A model generated the notes under the pieces. It had not been told where the DNA came from. It did not search any database and worked only from the letters and a program-made list of their open reading frames with translations. Positions 28,801 through 37,822 of a stretch of DNA of 64,000 nt are shown piece after piece. The DNA is from a virus (lineage: Duplodnaviria; Caudoviricetes): positions 1 through 64,000 of IMG/VR virus record IMGVR_UViG_3300024549_000205; one strand, given 5' to 3'. Within the stretch, counting starts at the first letter, position 1; each line of letters starts with the position of its first letter. A program made the position numbers and the translations under genes.

Positions 28801-31800
28801 AACCACTTCAACATTTGGTGTAAATGGTGTAGCAATAGCAGGAGCAACAGGAATCTTTAATGCTTCTAATTGTTGAAGCACCTTCATGTAGATATCGTTA
28901 CCAATTAACTGTTGAGCTTCTGCTGGAGAAACACCTTTAGCATCAGCAACTGAATTTAAAACTTCTCCATCAAAAGAACCAAATTGAATATTAAATCCTT
29001 GACCACTCTCATTGAACTTTTTACCATCTAGTGTAAATGTTATTTTACCGTGACTTCCAATTTGAACGGTGTTCTCTGCTATTCCATCTAACACAAATGT
29101 TGTTTGTGGAGCATCTGAAGCAGGTATCTTAGACTTAGTTTGAAATGCATCTAATTGTGGTCTAATTTTAGCCAAGATGGCTCCATAGAAAATAGCTCTA
29201 GCTTTATCAAGATCTTTATTATTGCTAGGATCAAGACCTTTCTCAGTCATAAGTGCTGCCATTGTCTCTGCTTCAAATGTGATGCTGAAACCTTTTTCTC
29301 CTTTTGAATCTATATACTCTTGAGCATTTATCTTAAAAGGAATCTTACCAAACTTACAAGTGTATATGTTTTCTTCACCTTCTAAATTATATTCTTTTTG
29401 AGCACCAGGTTGAACAGTAGCAGCAGGAGCAGGTGTTTGTTGAGCAGTCTTATCTAATGCAACTAATTGCTCATCAATATATCTGTTCAAAAGATATTTA
29501 CTAACAGCACTCATCACCTTATCCTCATCACCTTTTAGAGGTTCAAGGATTGGAGTTAAGTCACTTTGTAATTGTGCTTGATCTAAAGTTTCTTGCCATG
29601 CTTCATACGCAGCTTCATTAATAGTTTTGAAAATATTATCCATTAATGGAGCAATATTTTCTTCAGCATTAATTGCTGTTTTGATTTTCTCCAATGCATC
29701 TTTACTTACAGTGACTGCAGTTTTAGTAGGAGCAGCTGGTGTAGGAGCTTGTGTAACTACAGGAGGAGGAACTGGAATTTCATAGCTATCAATAGTAGAA
29801 TCCAATGTAAAATAGATTCCTTTCTTGTTAGGAACAGAAGGATCAGTCAATGGTCTCACTTGTGTAACTAAAGGTATCTCTTCGTTAGTTCTCCCTTCAG
29901 CTGATAATAGATATGTTTGGTAGTTATCCCAATCTCTTTTGATAGGTTGACCAGCTTCATCTATACCAATAATCTCTGTATATTTTTTCTTGAATGACTC
30001 TGTGTTAACCTTAGTGGAGTTTACATTATTGTACATACCTCTAAGAATAGCTTTGATTTCATTTTCACTATTCTGTAATCCATTTACAGTGAAATCAAAT
30101 CCTTCGCCACCAAGTCCTGATAAGAATAATTTAGGATAGGTTACATTACCTTCTGTAACATTCTCAAACCATACACTATTGTATCCAGGATTTTTTTTCT
30201 CTTTTGTTTGAGTGTTTCTTGGAATGCCCCAATAAACAACAGTCTTTAACCAGTTGAATAAGTACTGTGTTTCAGCTGTCTTAGTGGTACCATCTTTATC
30301 AACATTCTTAGTCACTTGAAGTAGAACATCATATATAGTATTCACTTCATTTTCTGTAAGGTTTCTGTTTTTTAGTTTAAGTAATCCACCTGGAACTTTT
30401 AAGAACACTCTACCTAATGGAGTGTTAAATGTCACACTACCATAAGTAACAGCTTCATTTTTTGTAGCAACCATTAATACAGGATCTTCAAGTAAAGCTC
30501 CTTCTTCTAATAGTCCTGTTTCTTCTACAGCCACTCTAGCATCATAGTCTCTTACATCTTTTCCTTTATCATCTTTGTATGTTACATAATCTGGAATACC
30601 AAATGATGCAGATATAGATTGTGGAGTGGGAACTGTTTCTTCTGCTAAACGAGCAGCTCTCCATTTATTATATTGTTGTTTTAATGACTCTTGTGCTGGA
30701 GTTAGTTTACCATCAGTAGTCATTTTTCTGAACATAGAACCTCTTTCTCTCTTACCATCTTCACTTGTATAGGTAGCTTCTAATTCATCAGCAGGGAATA
30801 CTTGAAAGATAGCATGTTTAGTAGGATCAGCCAGTTGTTCTTTTGTTAAAGGAACACCGTTCTCATCAACTAGTGTGTATGTATTATCATCATTGTCTTG
30901 TACCATTACAAGAGCAATAATCTTATTAGGATTGATAGGTTTACCTTGACTGTCTATAGCTCTTCCTTCATCAGTCAAATAGTTCATAAGGCCATCTATG
31001 CCAGCTTCTGCTTCTGTAGCAGCAGTGACAATCATTCCACGAATAGAACCTTTGTTTGCAAACTTATGCATGTTGAAACCAAAACGGTTTGCTCTTGCAT
31101 GATGTTCTCTTATTTGCTCACCTTCTCTACCTCTAGTAACAGCAATAGTAGATCCTACTACTTCAAGGTCATCTTTCTTAGATGATGCTTCGTAGAATTC
31201 ATTACTGAAGAAACTTTGTACGTCCTTACTGTTTGTACCTAGGTATTCTGCTTGAAGAGCTTGATCACTTTCTAATTTCTTCTTCTCTGCTTCTTGCTGT
31301 TTATATTTGTCAGCAACCTGCTTGAACTTATTAAGAATCATTTCTTTAGCCTCAATCTCTTTCTGTACATCATCAAGAGCACCTTGCATAATATCCATGT
31401 GCTCAATAAGATCTTTTAGTCTTTGTTCGTTAGGAGTTATTTCAAGATCTTCAGTCTCAGCAATAATATCATCAATTAGTTGTAAGTCTGAACGATAATT
31501 AGGCTTCACTTTAAGAAAGTTAGGATTGGCTTTCAAGAAATCAACCCAGTCTTGTCCCATAAGTCTAGGAACATTTGGATATCTAGACTCAAAGTTTGCT
31601 ATAAGGTTAGATAGATAGTCGATAGTAGCATCTAATGCTCTCTGAGTCTCTCTTGCTAACTTAGATAATGTAGAGATCTGTGCTTGAGTTGTCTCTTGTA
31701 ATATCTCAAGATCGATGATTTCATCTTGTAACTCATCCATGAAATCTTTGAAGTTAGTCGAGTACTCATCTATATTAGAAGCCATGTCTGTAATATAGTT

Positions 31801-34800
31801 AAGAGTAGCATCAATCTCTTCAGCATCCAGTTTCAAAGCTTCAATTTCTCTTTCTAATTGCTCTTGCATTCTAGATAGACGCATAGCATTATCGATAGCT
31901 CTTGCTGTAACAGCTTTAAACTTATCAACTTTCTTACTACGTTTATCTAATTCAGCTGCTTCAATTTCTTTAGTCAACTTCTCATATTCCTCTTTTGCTT
32001 TAACAACTTCTTTTTGTTTTGCATCAATTGTTCGTTCAATCTTAATTTGTTTATCAGCTAATGTATCAAACAAATCATTTAATATACCAAGACGTGCTTC
32101 ACGTTTAGCTTGTATACGTGGATCTTCTTCAGCAGTGTATTCATCTTTTGCTTTTTGTTGAACTGCAGTTAATGGTCCAACTTCTCTAATCATAGGTTCT
32201 GTGAACCCTTTCTTTTTATTTGCTTCAGTTAGTTTGAATTGATCTCCTGTAACTTCAATCTCTTTAATCTCTCCTTTTTTGTTTTTATACTTGAAGAGCA
32301 TTTGATCAGTCTCAGGATTATATTCTATCCTACCTTTTTGTTTACCATACTTCTTACCAAAGTTGAATTCATACACCATATTCCAATGTTCCATGTAGAA
32401 CTTGGCTTTCTTATTATTTAATGTAGAATCTACTTTACCAAGGTTATATCTTTCTAATGTAGATTCTTTTAAGTCATGGATAACACCATCTGAGTCTTGC
32501 ACCTTAATAGTGCCATCTTCATTTCTACCCAATACAACCATTCTAGGAGCACGATATACTTCATATCCTTTATCATCAAAATCAACAACTTTTCCTAAAA
32601 AGTATTCAGTGCCTATTTCAATATCTCTAACACCTCTTTTAGTCTTAATAGAGATTGTTTCTTTGCTTGTTTTTGTATCTTCAGGAGTTTGAAACTCTTG
32701 TCTTTCTTCGTTATATTTTTGTGGGTTAGTAATAAGATCATTATACTCTTTAAGATATTCTTTTCTTCTTAATGACATTTCAAGAACATCTATTACATTC
32801 TGTTTAATGTCAGCTTTGTTAATATTAGAAGATAATTCTATTCCAATTAAAGCTTCTGCAATCACCTCAGATTGTGGATCAGTTAACTCTGCATTTAAAA
32901 CAGATTGTACATCCACTCCTTTAGATACAGGAAGCATAGATACTTCAGGAATACGAACATCATAGTCTGCCACTTTACTAGCAGCATAAATCATTTTATC
33001 AATTACTTGATCAGAATATTTTCTTTGTGGTTGTCCTTTAGAGTTTAATATAGGATTACCTTCGTCATCTTTTAATATTTCTCCAGAATATCTCAAGTTA
33101 GTAGACTTGAATAGTTCTTCTGTATACTTAGCTGTTTGCTCAAAGTATGCAAGTTTGTTACTAAATGACTCAGCTGTGTCATTCATATTTGCAAGACCTA
33201 ATTGTTTAAGAGATGCCATACCATCAGGACTCATGGATTGTTTTCTCATGTCCTGAATGTCATCCATAACCATGTCCATTCTACCATACTTGATACGTGG
33301 TGCCAAGTAATTATGCATCATATCAGCATTAAGATCTTTTGCTTCCAACTTATCACCTGCCTCAATAGCAGCTTGTTGTTGCTCTTGAAGTACAACACCT
33401 CTATTTGCAGCATCTAATTTATATTGGAAAGCTTCTTTATATGTAGGAGCACCATTAAGTAATTCTAAGAAATCTGCAGTGTTTGATTTAGTAGCTTTAC
33501 TCATCATGTAATTACCTTTAGCTTGCATAGCTGCTCCAGTAAGACCTCCAATAATACCTCCCTCAATTCCTTCTTTAGATACTAAAGCACCTACTCCTTC
33601 ACCAGATCCATCTCTACCAAACATACCATATAATACACCATCAACTAATACATTAGCCTCTTTTCCTTGGTACGCTTTGTTATAATAATTTTGTGTTCCT
33701 ATCTGTATAGCATATTGACCAATCTCTTGACCCATCTCTTTAGGATCAAAAGCATATTTACCTACTCCTTTAACTGTATTATATAATTTACCAAATTTAG
33801 TTTTAGCAACTTCTTCAGCAACATATTTTCCATCTTTTAATACAACATTATCAGCTCTTCCTAATAAACTGTTTGCAGCTTGTTTTTCCGCAGCATACGA
33901 ACTTCCAAGTAACTTAGGAAGTTGTATATATTCTGTAACACTTAATAGTGCCATATTGGCAAGGAAAGATGTTTTTCCTACTTTCTCTGTTTGTTGATCT
34001 ATTATCTTCAGCTCTTCAGCACTTGGTGCTACGCCAAAGTTATTCATCTTATATTGATCAATTAATTGTTGTCTAAACTGATTAGAAGTTTGTAATCCTT
34101 CAAATGCAGCTTCTCCAGCTTGAGAATATGCAGCTATACCTATTCTTCTACCTACATCATTAATTTTTGCAAATTGATTTGTCTCTAAAGCAATCTCACC
34201 CATTCTACTTGTCTTTGCTGCAACATCAGCAATAGACGAAATTTCTCCTTCTAATAATGCAGCAGCTTCAGCATTCTTACCTGAAGAAAAAGCTCTTGCA
34301 GTGTTTCTCATTAATGGAGCGTATGCTTTAAATGTTTGAGATGCTTCTAATGCAGCAGCTCTAGCTGCAGCAGCTTCTCCAATAACAGTACCAGTAGCAC
34401 TAAGTGCTTTAGAAGCAATATTACCAGAAATAATAGCACCTACAGCAAATCCTGAATTCTTAATCACTTTATCAAATAAAAAGTTTGCTGTCCACCAGTT
34501 ATCAGGAGAATACCATTCAGCATTCTTTTCTTGGTCTGTATAATAGTTAGGTAAGTATTCTTGATCTACTTTTTCATTCCATTTATCAATTTCTTGCATA
34601 ACAGGATTGTCCCATATATCAGCAAGTCTTCCTGTAAATATAGAAGAGATGGCACCACCCACTGTAGCAAATCCACCAACTACAGTTGTAGCTGCAAGAT
34701 TTGTACCTTTTAATACACCATTTACACCTTTATCTAACCAAGACTGTTGAGCTCCCCAAGCATCTTCATTATTAGCCCCATAGATAACAGTGTCATATCT

Positions 34801-35034
34801 ACCTGTTAAATCTGATGCAACATCAGATAAATAAGTTTTATCTGCTTTAATTTCATTAGGATCTACTTGACGATTCTGAAGATTGATCATGTCATCTTGT
34901 GACAAAGCTTTTCCTGATCTTGATCCAGGAAATCCTGTTGACAAAGGAGCTGAATTAATTGAACCAATATTAATTGGATCTGGACCTTTTACATAAGGTT
35001 GTCCATATAAATTTGGATTTGTAGGATCTGGCAT
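19876..35034 (-). CDS. Giant virion-packaged RNA polymerase polyprotein (crAss-like, phi14:2 gp66 type)
   Basis: 5052 aa; FRIPTQ...GSDFDIDKL catalytic motif at ~23095-23125; zincin-like YHEVFE...EELAEEF at ~27200-27390. Confidence 0.92.
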   Translation of the reverse strand: MPDPTNPNLYGQPYVKGPDPINIGSINSAPLSTGFPGSRSGKALSQDDMINLQNRQVDPNEIKADKTYLSDVASDLTGRYDTVIYGANNEDAWGAQQSWLDKGVNGVLKGTNLAATTVVGGFATVGGAISSIFTGRLADIWDNPVMQEIDKWNEKVDQEYLPNYYTDQEKNAEWYSPDNWWTANFLFDKVIKNSGFAVGAIISGNIASKALSATGTVIGEAAAARAAALEASQTFKAYAPLMRNTARAFSSGKNAEAAALLEGEISSIADVAAKTSRMGEIALETNQFAKINDVGRRIGIAAYSQAGEAAFEGLQTSNQFRQQLIDQYKMNNFGVAPSAEELKIIDQQTEKVGKTSFLANMALLSVTEYIQLPKLLGSSYAAEKQAANSLLGRADNVVLKDGKYVAEEVAKTKFGKLYNTVKGVGKYAFDPKEMGQEIGQYAIQIGTQNYYNKAYQGKEANVLVDGVLYGMFGRDGSGEGVGALVSKEGIEGGIIGGLTGAAMQAKGNYMMSKATKSNTADFLELLNGAPTYKEAFQYKLDAANRGVVLQEQQQAAIEAGDKLEAKDLNADMMHNYLAPRIKYGRMDMVMDDIQDMRKQSMSPDGMASLKQLGLANMNDTAESFSNKLAYFEQTAKYTEELFKSTNLRYSGEILKDDEGNPILNSKGQPQRKYSDQVIDKMIYAASKVADYDVRIPEVSMLPVSKGVDVQSVLNAELTDPQSEVIAEALIGIELSSNINKADIKQNVIDVLEMSLRRKEYLKEYNDLITNPQKYNEERQEFQTPEDTKTSKETISIKTKRGVRDIEIGTEYFLGKVVDFDDKGYEVYRAPRMVVLGRNEDGTIKVQDSDGVIHDLKESTLERYNLGKVDSTLNNKKAKFYMEHWNMVYEFNFGKKYGKQKGRIEYNPETDQMLFKYKNKKGEIKEIEVTGDQFKLTEANKKKGFTEPMIREVGPLTAVQQKAKDEYTAEEDPRIQAKREARLGILNDLFDTLADKQIKIERTIDAKQKEVVKAKEEYEKLTKEIEAAELDKRSKKVDKFKAVTARAIDNAMRLSRMQEQLEREIEALKLDAEEIDATLNYITDMASNIDEYSTNFKDFMDELQDEIIDLEILQETTQAQISTLSKLARETQRALDATIDYLSNLIANFESRYPNVPRLMGQDWVDFLKANPNFLKVKPNYRSDLQLIDDIIAETEDLEITPNEQRLKDLIEHMDIMQGALDDVQKEIEAKEMILNKFKQVADKYKQQEAEKKKLESDQALQAEYLGTNSKDVQSFFSNEFYEASSKKDDLEVVGSTIAVTRGREGEQIREHHARANRFGFNMHKFANKGSIRGMIVTAATEAEAGIDGLMNYLTDEGRAIDSQGKPINPNKIIALVMVQDNDDNTYTLVDENGVPLTKEQLADPTKHAIFQVFPADELEATYTSEDGKRERGSMFRKMTTDGKLTPAQESLKQQYNKWRAARLAEETVPTPQSISASFGIPDYVTYKDDKGKDVRDYDARVAVEETGLLEEGALLEDPVLMVATKNEAVTYGSVTFNTPLGRVFLKVPGGLLKLKNRNLTENEVNTIYDVLLQVTKNVDKDGTTKTAETQYLFNWLKTVVYWGIPRNTQTKEKKNPGYNSVWFENVTEGNVTYPKLFLSGLGGEGFDFTVNGLQNSENEIKAILRGMYNNVNSTKVNTESFKKKYTEIIGIDEAGQPIKRDWDNYQTYLLSAEGRTNEEIPLVTQVRPLTDPSVPNKKGIYFTLDSTIDSYEIPVPPPVVTQAPTPAAPTKTAVTVSKDALEKIKTAINAEENIAPLMDNIFKTINEAAYEAWQETLDQAQLQSDLTPILEPLKGDEDKVMSAVSKYLLNRYIDEQLVALDKTAQQTPAPAATVQPGAQKEYNLEGEENIYTCKFGKIPFKINAQEYIDSKGEKGFSITFEAETMAALMTEKGLDPSNNKDLDKARAIFYGAILAKIRPQLDAFQTKSKIPASDAPQTTFVLDGIAENTVQIGSHGKITFTLDGKKFNESGQGFNIQFGSFDGEVLNSVADAKGVSPAEAQQLIGNDIYMKVLQQLEALKIPVAPAIATPFTPNVEVVPEVTDKKADIEKRRQAELEENKKLGVQDLKTKVAEQFDTLEETRNKLKQEVSDDASLSEQDKELLTLAIDGIFDIPGSNPYITDDYEGYAAYDPKKFEQYMLYNFPNLTKDQIRDVLSKHIEPIATQHSASLLASLEGPSGLPNNLAELNADKINAKYDAELAALESTEEVISPNLKSNIDNFEKDVNKGWKMHLSIKGVEQFESENDDTPADEIRSRATETIKILDDLKSKGLIKGYKIGKDGGQPGKNITIYIGNANKVQAIVDAVEKSSELRDQNISDNLKLTNKISVRFQVDGKIEQGKDDVTFLRYGPLGIGLMKEVIEGDKADNMFNPKFLPETIKGLNYYLGDYFSGSKLINDRLNAELATLKSTEEVIVTPPATEQTAKPSKFASRQRGQKPDDAAMRVVVARQAKKFQGEDWKKLEKWIGEKFPNIPVYRVKNIIQATNGKQAWGMLHNGAIYIYENAEVGTVYHEVFEAVWKMFADAKEKEAILKEFTSREGTFVDRETGRTVEYKYATAHQIKEELAEEFRDAVLNDKLGKSIASKSLIGKLFSQLIDFIKSFFYGKDAQRNTKELFNKIGDGYYNTFNPYVSQLAYANVGVIDIENASADDFSDLRVTGIPAVQLHEIIDEMTFITLTDLIKRKESLFNIVKPRQKELYEMLNVRILDVIGHQADLIEQDKRDGRLTEEEGDKLYNDIGTLYDTVDAQWESIIERHKEKLKTFNIQFDENDELDISEFEKSKEDPFGDARKIDSFRKANGAVKLLLGTLPLSYVGVNEKGERELKVEKSSIGGAILIPADSVFIRLKNKLFDSVNIDDMLDRLREMAKGDPNFENLYTRLTKSSITAPIDVRSLDESSWQLITAFWKSMKSQNADAISVFIMPGGDVVVSDSTLTSAAKQAKRDMTNTMVDKIKSNSTFFSYEPKTGRYYATDKIKSMPLSGSDLTTYTALLNELGIEFNIKALSRLTDNQALAFRGAVEGIKRVFSDLNDKGKAKTDAEIENDEANGEVARGIVSLTPRALNIEGNLFQLGLVQAVIENKEFESTYFNMNGERTQTYIGVNALSGLHNILSKLDNITELSSNPAYKQYEYLRNDVFAKGSVMMQKMFNLHPTKGTGKRIAGTQDLMKSVYIDGMDNQVRGVKKESSKLSAKERLVQEINLNLNGYYLNLVPGDAAIEWAVKMHNDLAFVTKEEYADKDHYEIFKNYFISEVELARDGRNIVENENRKPTDLRFFKSILGEELNNKITKGAYRKYTAEELYNGKPSEGFKGFRSEINEAVDEFIKKDAADTEALLKNYGIVYYGSEGLTIDDIKLDNELELNEKTLRDQLQVLSINYMIANIEMHKLLYSDPYQYSDELKRIKNFNSPRQALLVGSQDVNAALNEIYNKGFKPGDAGYTDMTLDYFRTITLGDILSVSDLKDYDPYKETDGGGYIMLKANRVFGIRSGEWTEANEAQYRHDMAYEDLVRSGASKREIEKFDRNSPEVASTYTPRKPIVSGNKANGRDYNDVVLHKFALLPLSFRLLHKMNPDSNAIKLYDKMQKENIDYAVFESGSKVGAEKISPLYDKKGKFDETPFEDANAGINIYEKQAVSNIPFAIMGVQAEVPSKDAAYVTQGSQVTKLATLDFMEAGVPIDFDVNNGDFNARFIKWIKLSPEQKLKESELYKDIKHNQDMLNAKIEYGYKSLLKKLGITKTADGFIISNINKLTDTLRDEILKREVNDNISDALKGFKSGDVVLEATPAYQQIRNILYSIADKNVVSPKISGGMKVQIPSTLLESERPGQQVVKGKNVYSSNLLKFYTRNENGKTINVCQLMVGKWFKSDMSDEELINYFNNDPEGKKEFEAIMGVAFRIPTQKQNSIDVFEIAKFLPEGYKDSVVIPSELVMKAGSDFDIDKLSIYLKNIYPSNDKKPKVVPYLGVGQEAIDKFGKMYDAGEFNEYLNSKKLLSKGEAEDRLMEAIFPEQYSTQREDVINDLYRQSLENEYIQSLQKLISNDLNFDNLIKPNSADDLKELTDKINDKLGRTKIDYGAVGNMLSRAFMTNLRHAFVTGKYAIGIAAVNQTNHAQNQRSLIYVDPVKIKTTVDPVDAGWLGDGQINFNEYNSVMVNGVKRATLSKIKSADDKTYISDTIGQFIDGYVDISKGPWIMEMGATPNVASTWLFLVKLGVPINTVGYFMNQPIIRDYLRTIQNNGYSWLFIEKFVDDVKYDYLTEDNVVVNGIPNETDLYDMMGKSPEKMSPSELAQQNYILDEFLKYAMMASHMFQVTQGSNFDTATINDPYLVFKKQMQLAKAQRTMFSSINEKNEVVPAVDSILKNSFVGELANVIYGVRDAFAEILISDKKNVRKVMEQVLAPYTEMSDRDFIKISQKAVNDLFDWAVQNDRKLNNSVKKILLGNSTEKSAAKQIIEFRDKVLKDETHPLHNNMILKSLQLESGKKIVLDEYKLKDGNVYQRENISLELLMKLGYAPKESRKMMNMFIASPDNISIKGKDAKVYDQNMIIYGFNELKEKLGDENKDLYGKLVRLAVIQSGLTNSPIAFTNLLPYDDFKEFYNQTLSNLENIPNLADFKTLDTMERSNWNNTNVVVFKKGRLQESKATPGNWYYPERQFLSKKLEKKMLNGELPEMVVIPIRSREGRSDFMTYSYEGQITKAQRIKARRIGDTSHVNKGLFKKVYKINDEGKRVPLIQESTFKGKNGVERTYLNYVYKMINAWGDSYRAQEFYGKEFPLDPNSTVSRPSVLDNGFMKVMREVEDSEIELALLGTTPVVATIQPTKNVEVVDRYSVADVQANPDKIYVFGDNTQRVGMGGQAQIRNNPNAMGIATKITPSMDEAAFMSDKDLIKNRQIIDGDIAKIKATGKTVVMPKDGLGTGLAQLKEKAPQTYAYLKQRLLQEFGFDNDNGSINNDPQAPAPVAEPVVEAPRSTKERVLKDGKSYNLSDIGIDMLIKLGYSNEEIGKILKEVRKEIC
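27673..28325. repeat. 41-bp imperfect direct repeat bounding an internal cassette of the RNAP gene
   Basis: 27673-27713 vs 28285-28325, 36/41 identical; encode AELATLKSTEEVI / AELAALESTEEVI. Confidence 0.8.
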
Positions 35035-35038
35035 AATT

Positions 35039-37729
35039 TTATTGTTTATTTTGGTTATGTAAATAATTTATATACATAGCGTTTAATTGTGCTGGAGTTG
35101 TTGTCTTATATGTATTATCTATAATATTTTCATCAGCCGCTATTGCAGCACCGTATACAGTGATGAAATTTTGACTATTTGGAGGTTTAATATAATTAAC
35201 AAGTCTATATCCTCCATTTGATTTTACAACATCTGCTCTATATATCCATCCTGCTTTTGTTACTTCTGGATTAACTTGATTACCTTTAAAGTAAGCTGTA
35301 CGCCAAGCATTAGGTGAATTAGGCATATATATTGGATTAGTAGATTTTGTTTTTTCATTTATATTAAGTGCATCCTGTATAGGTTGATCTTTGTAATCTG
35401 TAAATTTAGAGTCTGTAAAAGTTGTTAAATCTTTACGATTTACATTAGTTATAGTGTATGGAACTCCATCTTCACCAGAAACTATTATTTCACCAATCCA
35501 GTCTTCTTTAGAATTAGTAGGTTTCTTACCTTTCCAAGATATAGTTTTTGCATTATCTAAAGCTTTTAGCACTGCTGTTCTATCTGCTCCTTCACCATAG
35601 TTTCTTTCTCCACCATTTACATATGCTGCCACTTTACCTACAGTAGCAGATTTTGAATCAGAATCCATAGGTAAAAATCCTGTAACAGTATCTGATACAC
35701 CAGCTATTTTAGATAACTTTTCATTAAATAACTTATCAGATTTATCTAATGCACTATAATACTCATTTGGTTTATCTCCATAATTGGCAATTTCTTCACG
35801 AACTTTATCTCTTGCTTGAGGACTTAAATACCACCAGTTACTAAGAAATTTGTTTTGTTTATCAGTTAAATTTTTATAATTTATTTTAAGTTTTCCTTTT
35901 GCATTAATTCCCCAACTACCCTGACTTAACATTTTTAACTGTCCATCCTTCATCATAGCTATCATATCCCCAGGAGTGATTGTAAACTTTTCATTATCTC
36001 TAGTAGTATAAGTGAATGTAGAACGATCTTTTGTTAATTCATTTAATATTTTATCAACACCAGCTTCTTTATTTGCACTTACTAAAGCTTGATCGTATTG
36101 ATTTTTTTTATTATTTAAAACTGAAGCGGTGCCCATATAGTTATTAAAGTCATCTTCTAAATTAGGTGGTGGAGTTAATCCAGCTTCATCATATTTATTT
36201 TTAATATTTGTTGCCCATCTATCCAAAAATGCTTCAGGAGTTACCTTTAATTTTTTTGCATACTGTTTAACTTTAGCATAAATAGCTTCATCTGATGCGG
36301 TAGCATTATCATTACTTGCTCTAACTATATCAGCATATAATGAAAAAGCTAGTTTATTTTTAGCCTCACTTAGTGTATTTATATCTTCTTGAACAATATT
36401 AACAGCACTCACTTTATCTCCAGGAGCAGCTCCTGAAAATAAAGGTTTGTTTGCATTATAAGTAGCGGATCCAGATTTACCTGGTTCAGGTTTTTTATTC
36501 CAGTTTCCTGTAACAGGATCTTGTTCATAGTCTCCATAGAACTTCATCCACTCTCTTTGGTTTGAAGATCGAGAAAGATCTAATTGAGCATTTTGATAAG
36601 CTATTTTATTGCTTTCAACTTTCTCATTGAATGCAAATGTCTGTCTCCAGTTTTGTTGTTGAAGTGCTTCGTTAACTCCAGTTGTTTGTGATTTCTCTTC
36701 TTTAACAAATTGGTTAATTAATCTTTGTTTGAACTCTTGAGTATAATAACTTTGTTTAAATTGCTCAGGGCTATCTTCTGCTTGTTGAGATAATGATAAA
36801 AACATATTATCATTCTTTAATAGATTAGCTTCTATATCAGAAACAGTTTTAATGTATAATTGTTTTTGCTCATCAGATAAATTTGTACTATTTAACATAG
36901 CACTAGCTTCTAAAGATTGCTGTTCTAGTTTTGATCTTTCATCATCATATTGAATTTTCAAAGGTTCCAACAATGTAGTGGCCTCTGTATTTCTATATGT
37001 AGCCCATCCATCAATTCCTAATTGTTGTTTTACATCTCCTTCATTCATTACATTTTCTATAGCAGCTAATACAGCTGGTCTATTTGTAACAAGTTTATCA
37101 ATAGTTTTTGCATCAGCATATCTGTAATGACCATCTATAATCATTGGTTTTCCTGTATTAGGATCAGTAACAAATAACTGTTCTGCAACTGTAGAACTTT
37201 CTCCTGCATTTACAAGAGCTTGTTGTAGTTTTTTAACAATGTTTGTATAAGGAACATAATCAGCTCTAAAACTAGCTTTTAAATCTTTACTATTAACATA
37301 TTCTTGAGCAAATTGATCGTAGTAATCATCATTGTTTTTATCTGTCAATCCTTTCTTTGATAACTCTTCTCTTTTCTTATATCCTGCTCTCAGCTTAGCT
37401 GTAGAATTAACAGCATTCTGAATGTCTTCATCTTTAACTATTTGTTTAGTCATCCCATTAACAGAGTTAACTAAAGAGAAGTCTGAGAAATCACCAGCAG
37501 CAACTAGTGTTAAGTTATTACCTAAAGAATTAAGTTTAGATTGTAAATATTGTTGTTGAACAGGATTAGCAATATCTAATCCTGCAACATTATCAATACT
37601 AGTTTGGATTTTTTTTATTCCATCTTCGTATTTCTGTTGTTTGTATACACCAACTTTAAGCATTGCATCCACAGGTTGCTGCTCTACATAAGGGTTGAAA
37701 GTTGGAATTTTATCTGTAAATGAAGCCAT
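35039..37729 (-). CDS. Virion cargo/ejection protein (896 aa)
   Basis: Helical, Gln-rich protein directly upstream of the RNAP gene, as in crAss-like gene order; FNPYVEQQP...KQQKYE N-terminus. Confidence 0.65.
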   Translation of the reverse strand: MASFTDKIPTFNPYVEQQPVDAMLKVGVYKQQKYEDGIKKIQTSIDNVAGLDIANPVQQQYLQSKLNSLGNNLTLVAAGDFSDFSLVNSVNGMTKQIVKDEDIQNAVNSTAKLRAGYKKREELSKKGLTDKNNDDYYDQFAQEYVNSKDLKASFRADYVPYTNIVKKLQQALVNAGESSTVAEQLFVTDPNTGKPMIIDGHYRYADAKTIDKLVTNRPAVLAAIENVMNEGDVKQQLGIDGWATYRNTEATTLLEPLKIQYDDERSKLEQQSLEASAMLNSTNLSDEQKQLYIKTVSDIEANLLKNDNMFLSLSQQAEDSPEQFKQSYYTQEFKQRLINQFVKEEKSQTTGVNEALQQQNWRQTFAFNEKVESNKIAYQNAQLDLSRSSNQREWMKFYGDYEQDPVTGNWNKKPEPGKSGSATYNANKPLFSGAAPGDKVSAVNIVQEDINTLSEAKNKLAFSLYADIVRASNDNATASDEAIYAKVKQYAKKLKVTPEAFLDRWATNIKNKYDEAGLTPPPNLEDDFNNYMGTASVLNNKKNQYDQALVSANKEAGVDKILNELTKDRSTFTYTTRDNEKFTITPGDMIAMMKDGQLKMLSQGSWGINAKGKLKINYKNLTDKQNKFLSNWWYLSPQARDKVREEIANYGDKPNEYYSALDKSDKLFNEKLSKIAGVSDTVTGFLPMDSDSKSATVGKVAAYVNGGERNYGEGADRTAVLKALDNAKTISWKGKKPTNSKEDWIGEIIVSGEDGVPYTITNVNRKDLTTFTDSKFTDYKDQPIQDALNINEKTKSTNPIYMPNSPNAWRTAYFKGNQVNPEVTKAGWIYRADVVKSNGGYRLVNYIKPPNSQNFITVYGAAIAADENIIDNTYKTTTPAQLNAMYINYLHNQNKQ

Positions 37730-37744
37730 AGCGTATTAGTTAAG

Positions 37745-37822
37745 CAAATATAATATGAATTATTAGATTATACAATAGAGTATAATAATCTGTGTTAATT
37801 CTTTATAATTAAATTAGTTATA
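37745..37822 (-). promoter_or_regulatory. Promoter: -7 element TATATTTG (37745-37752) plus upstream conserved box (37795-37822)
   Basis: TAnnTTTG 16 nt before the ATG; 26-bp box is 25/26 identical to 56474-56499 at identical spacing. Confidence 0.65.
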
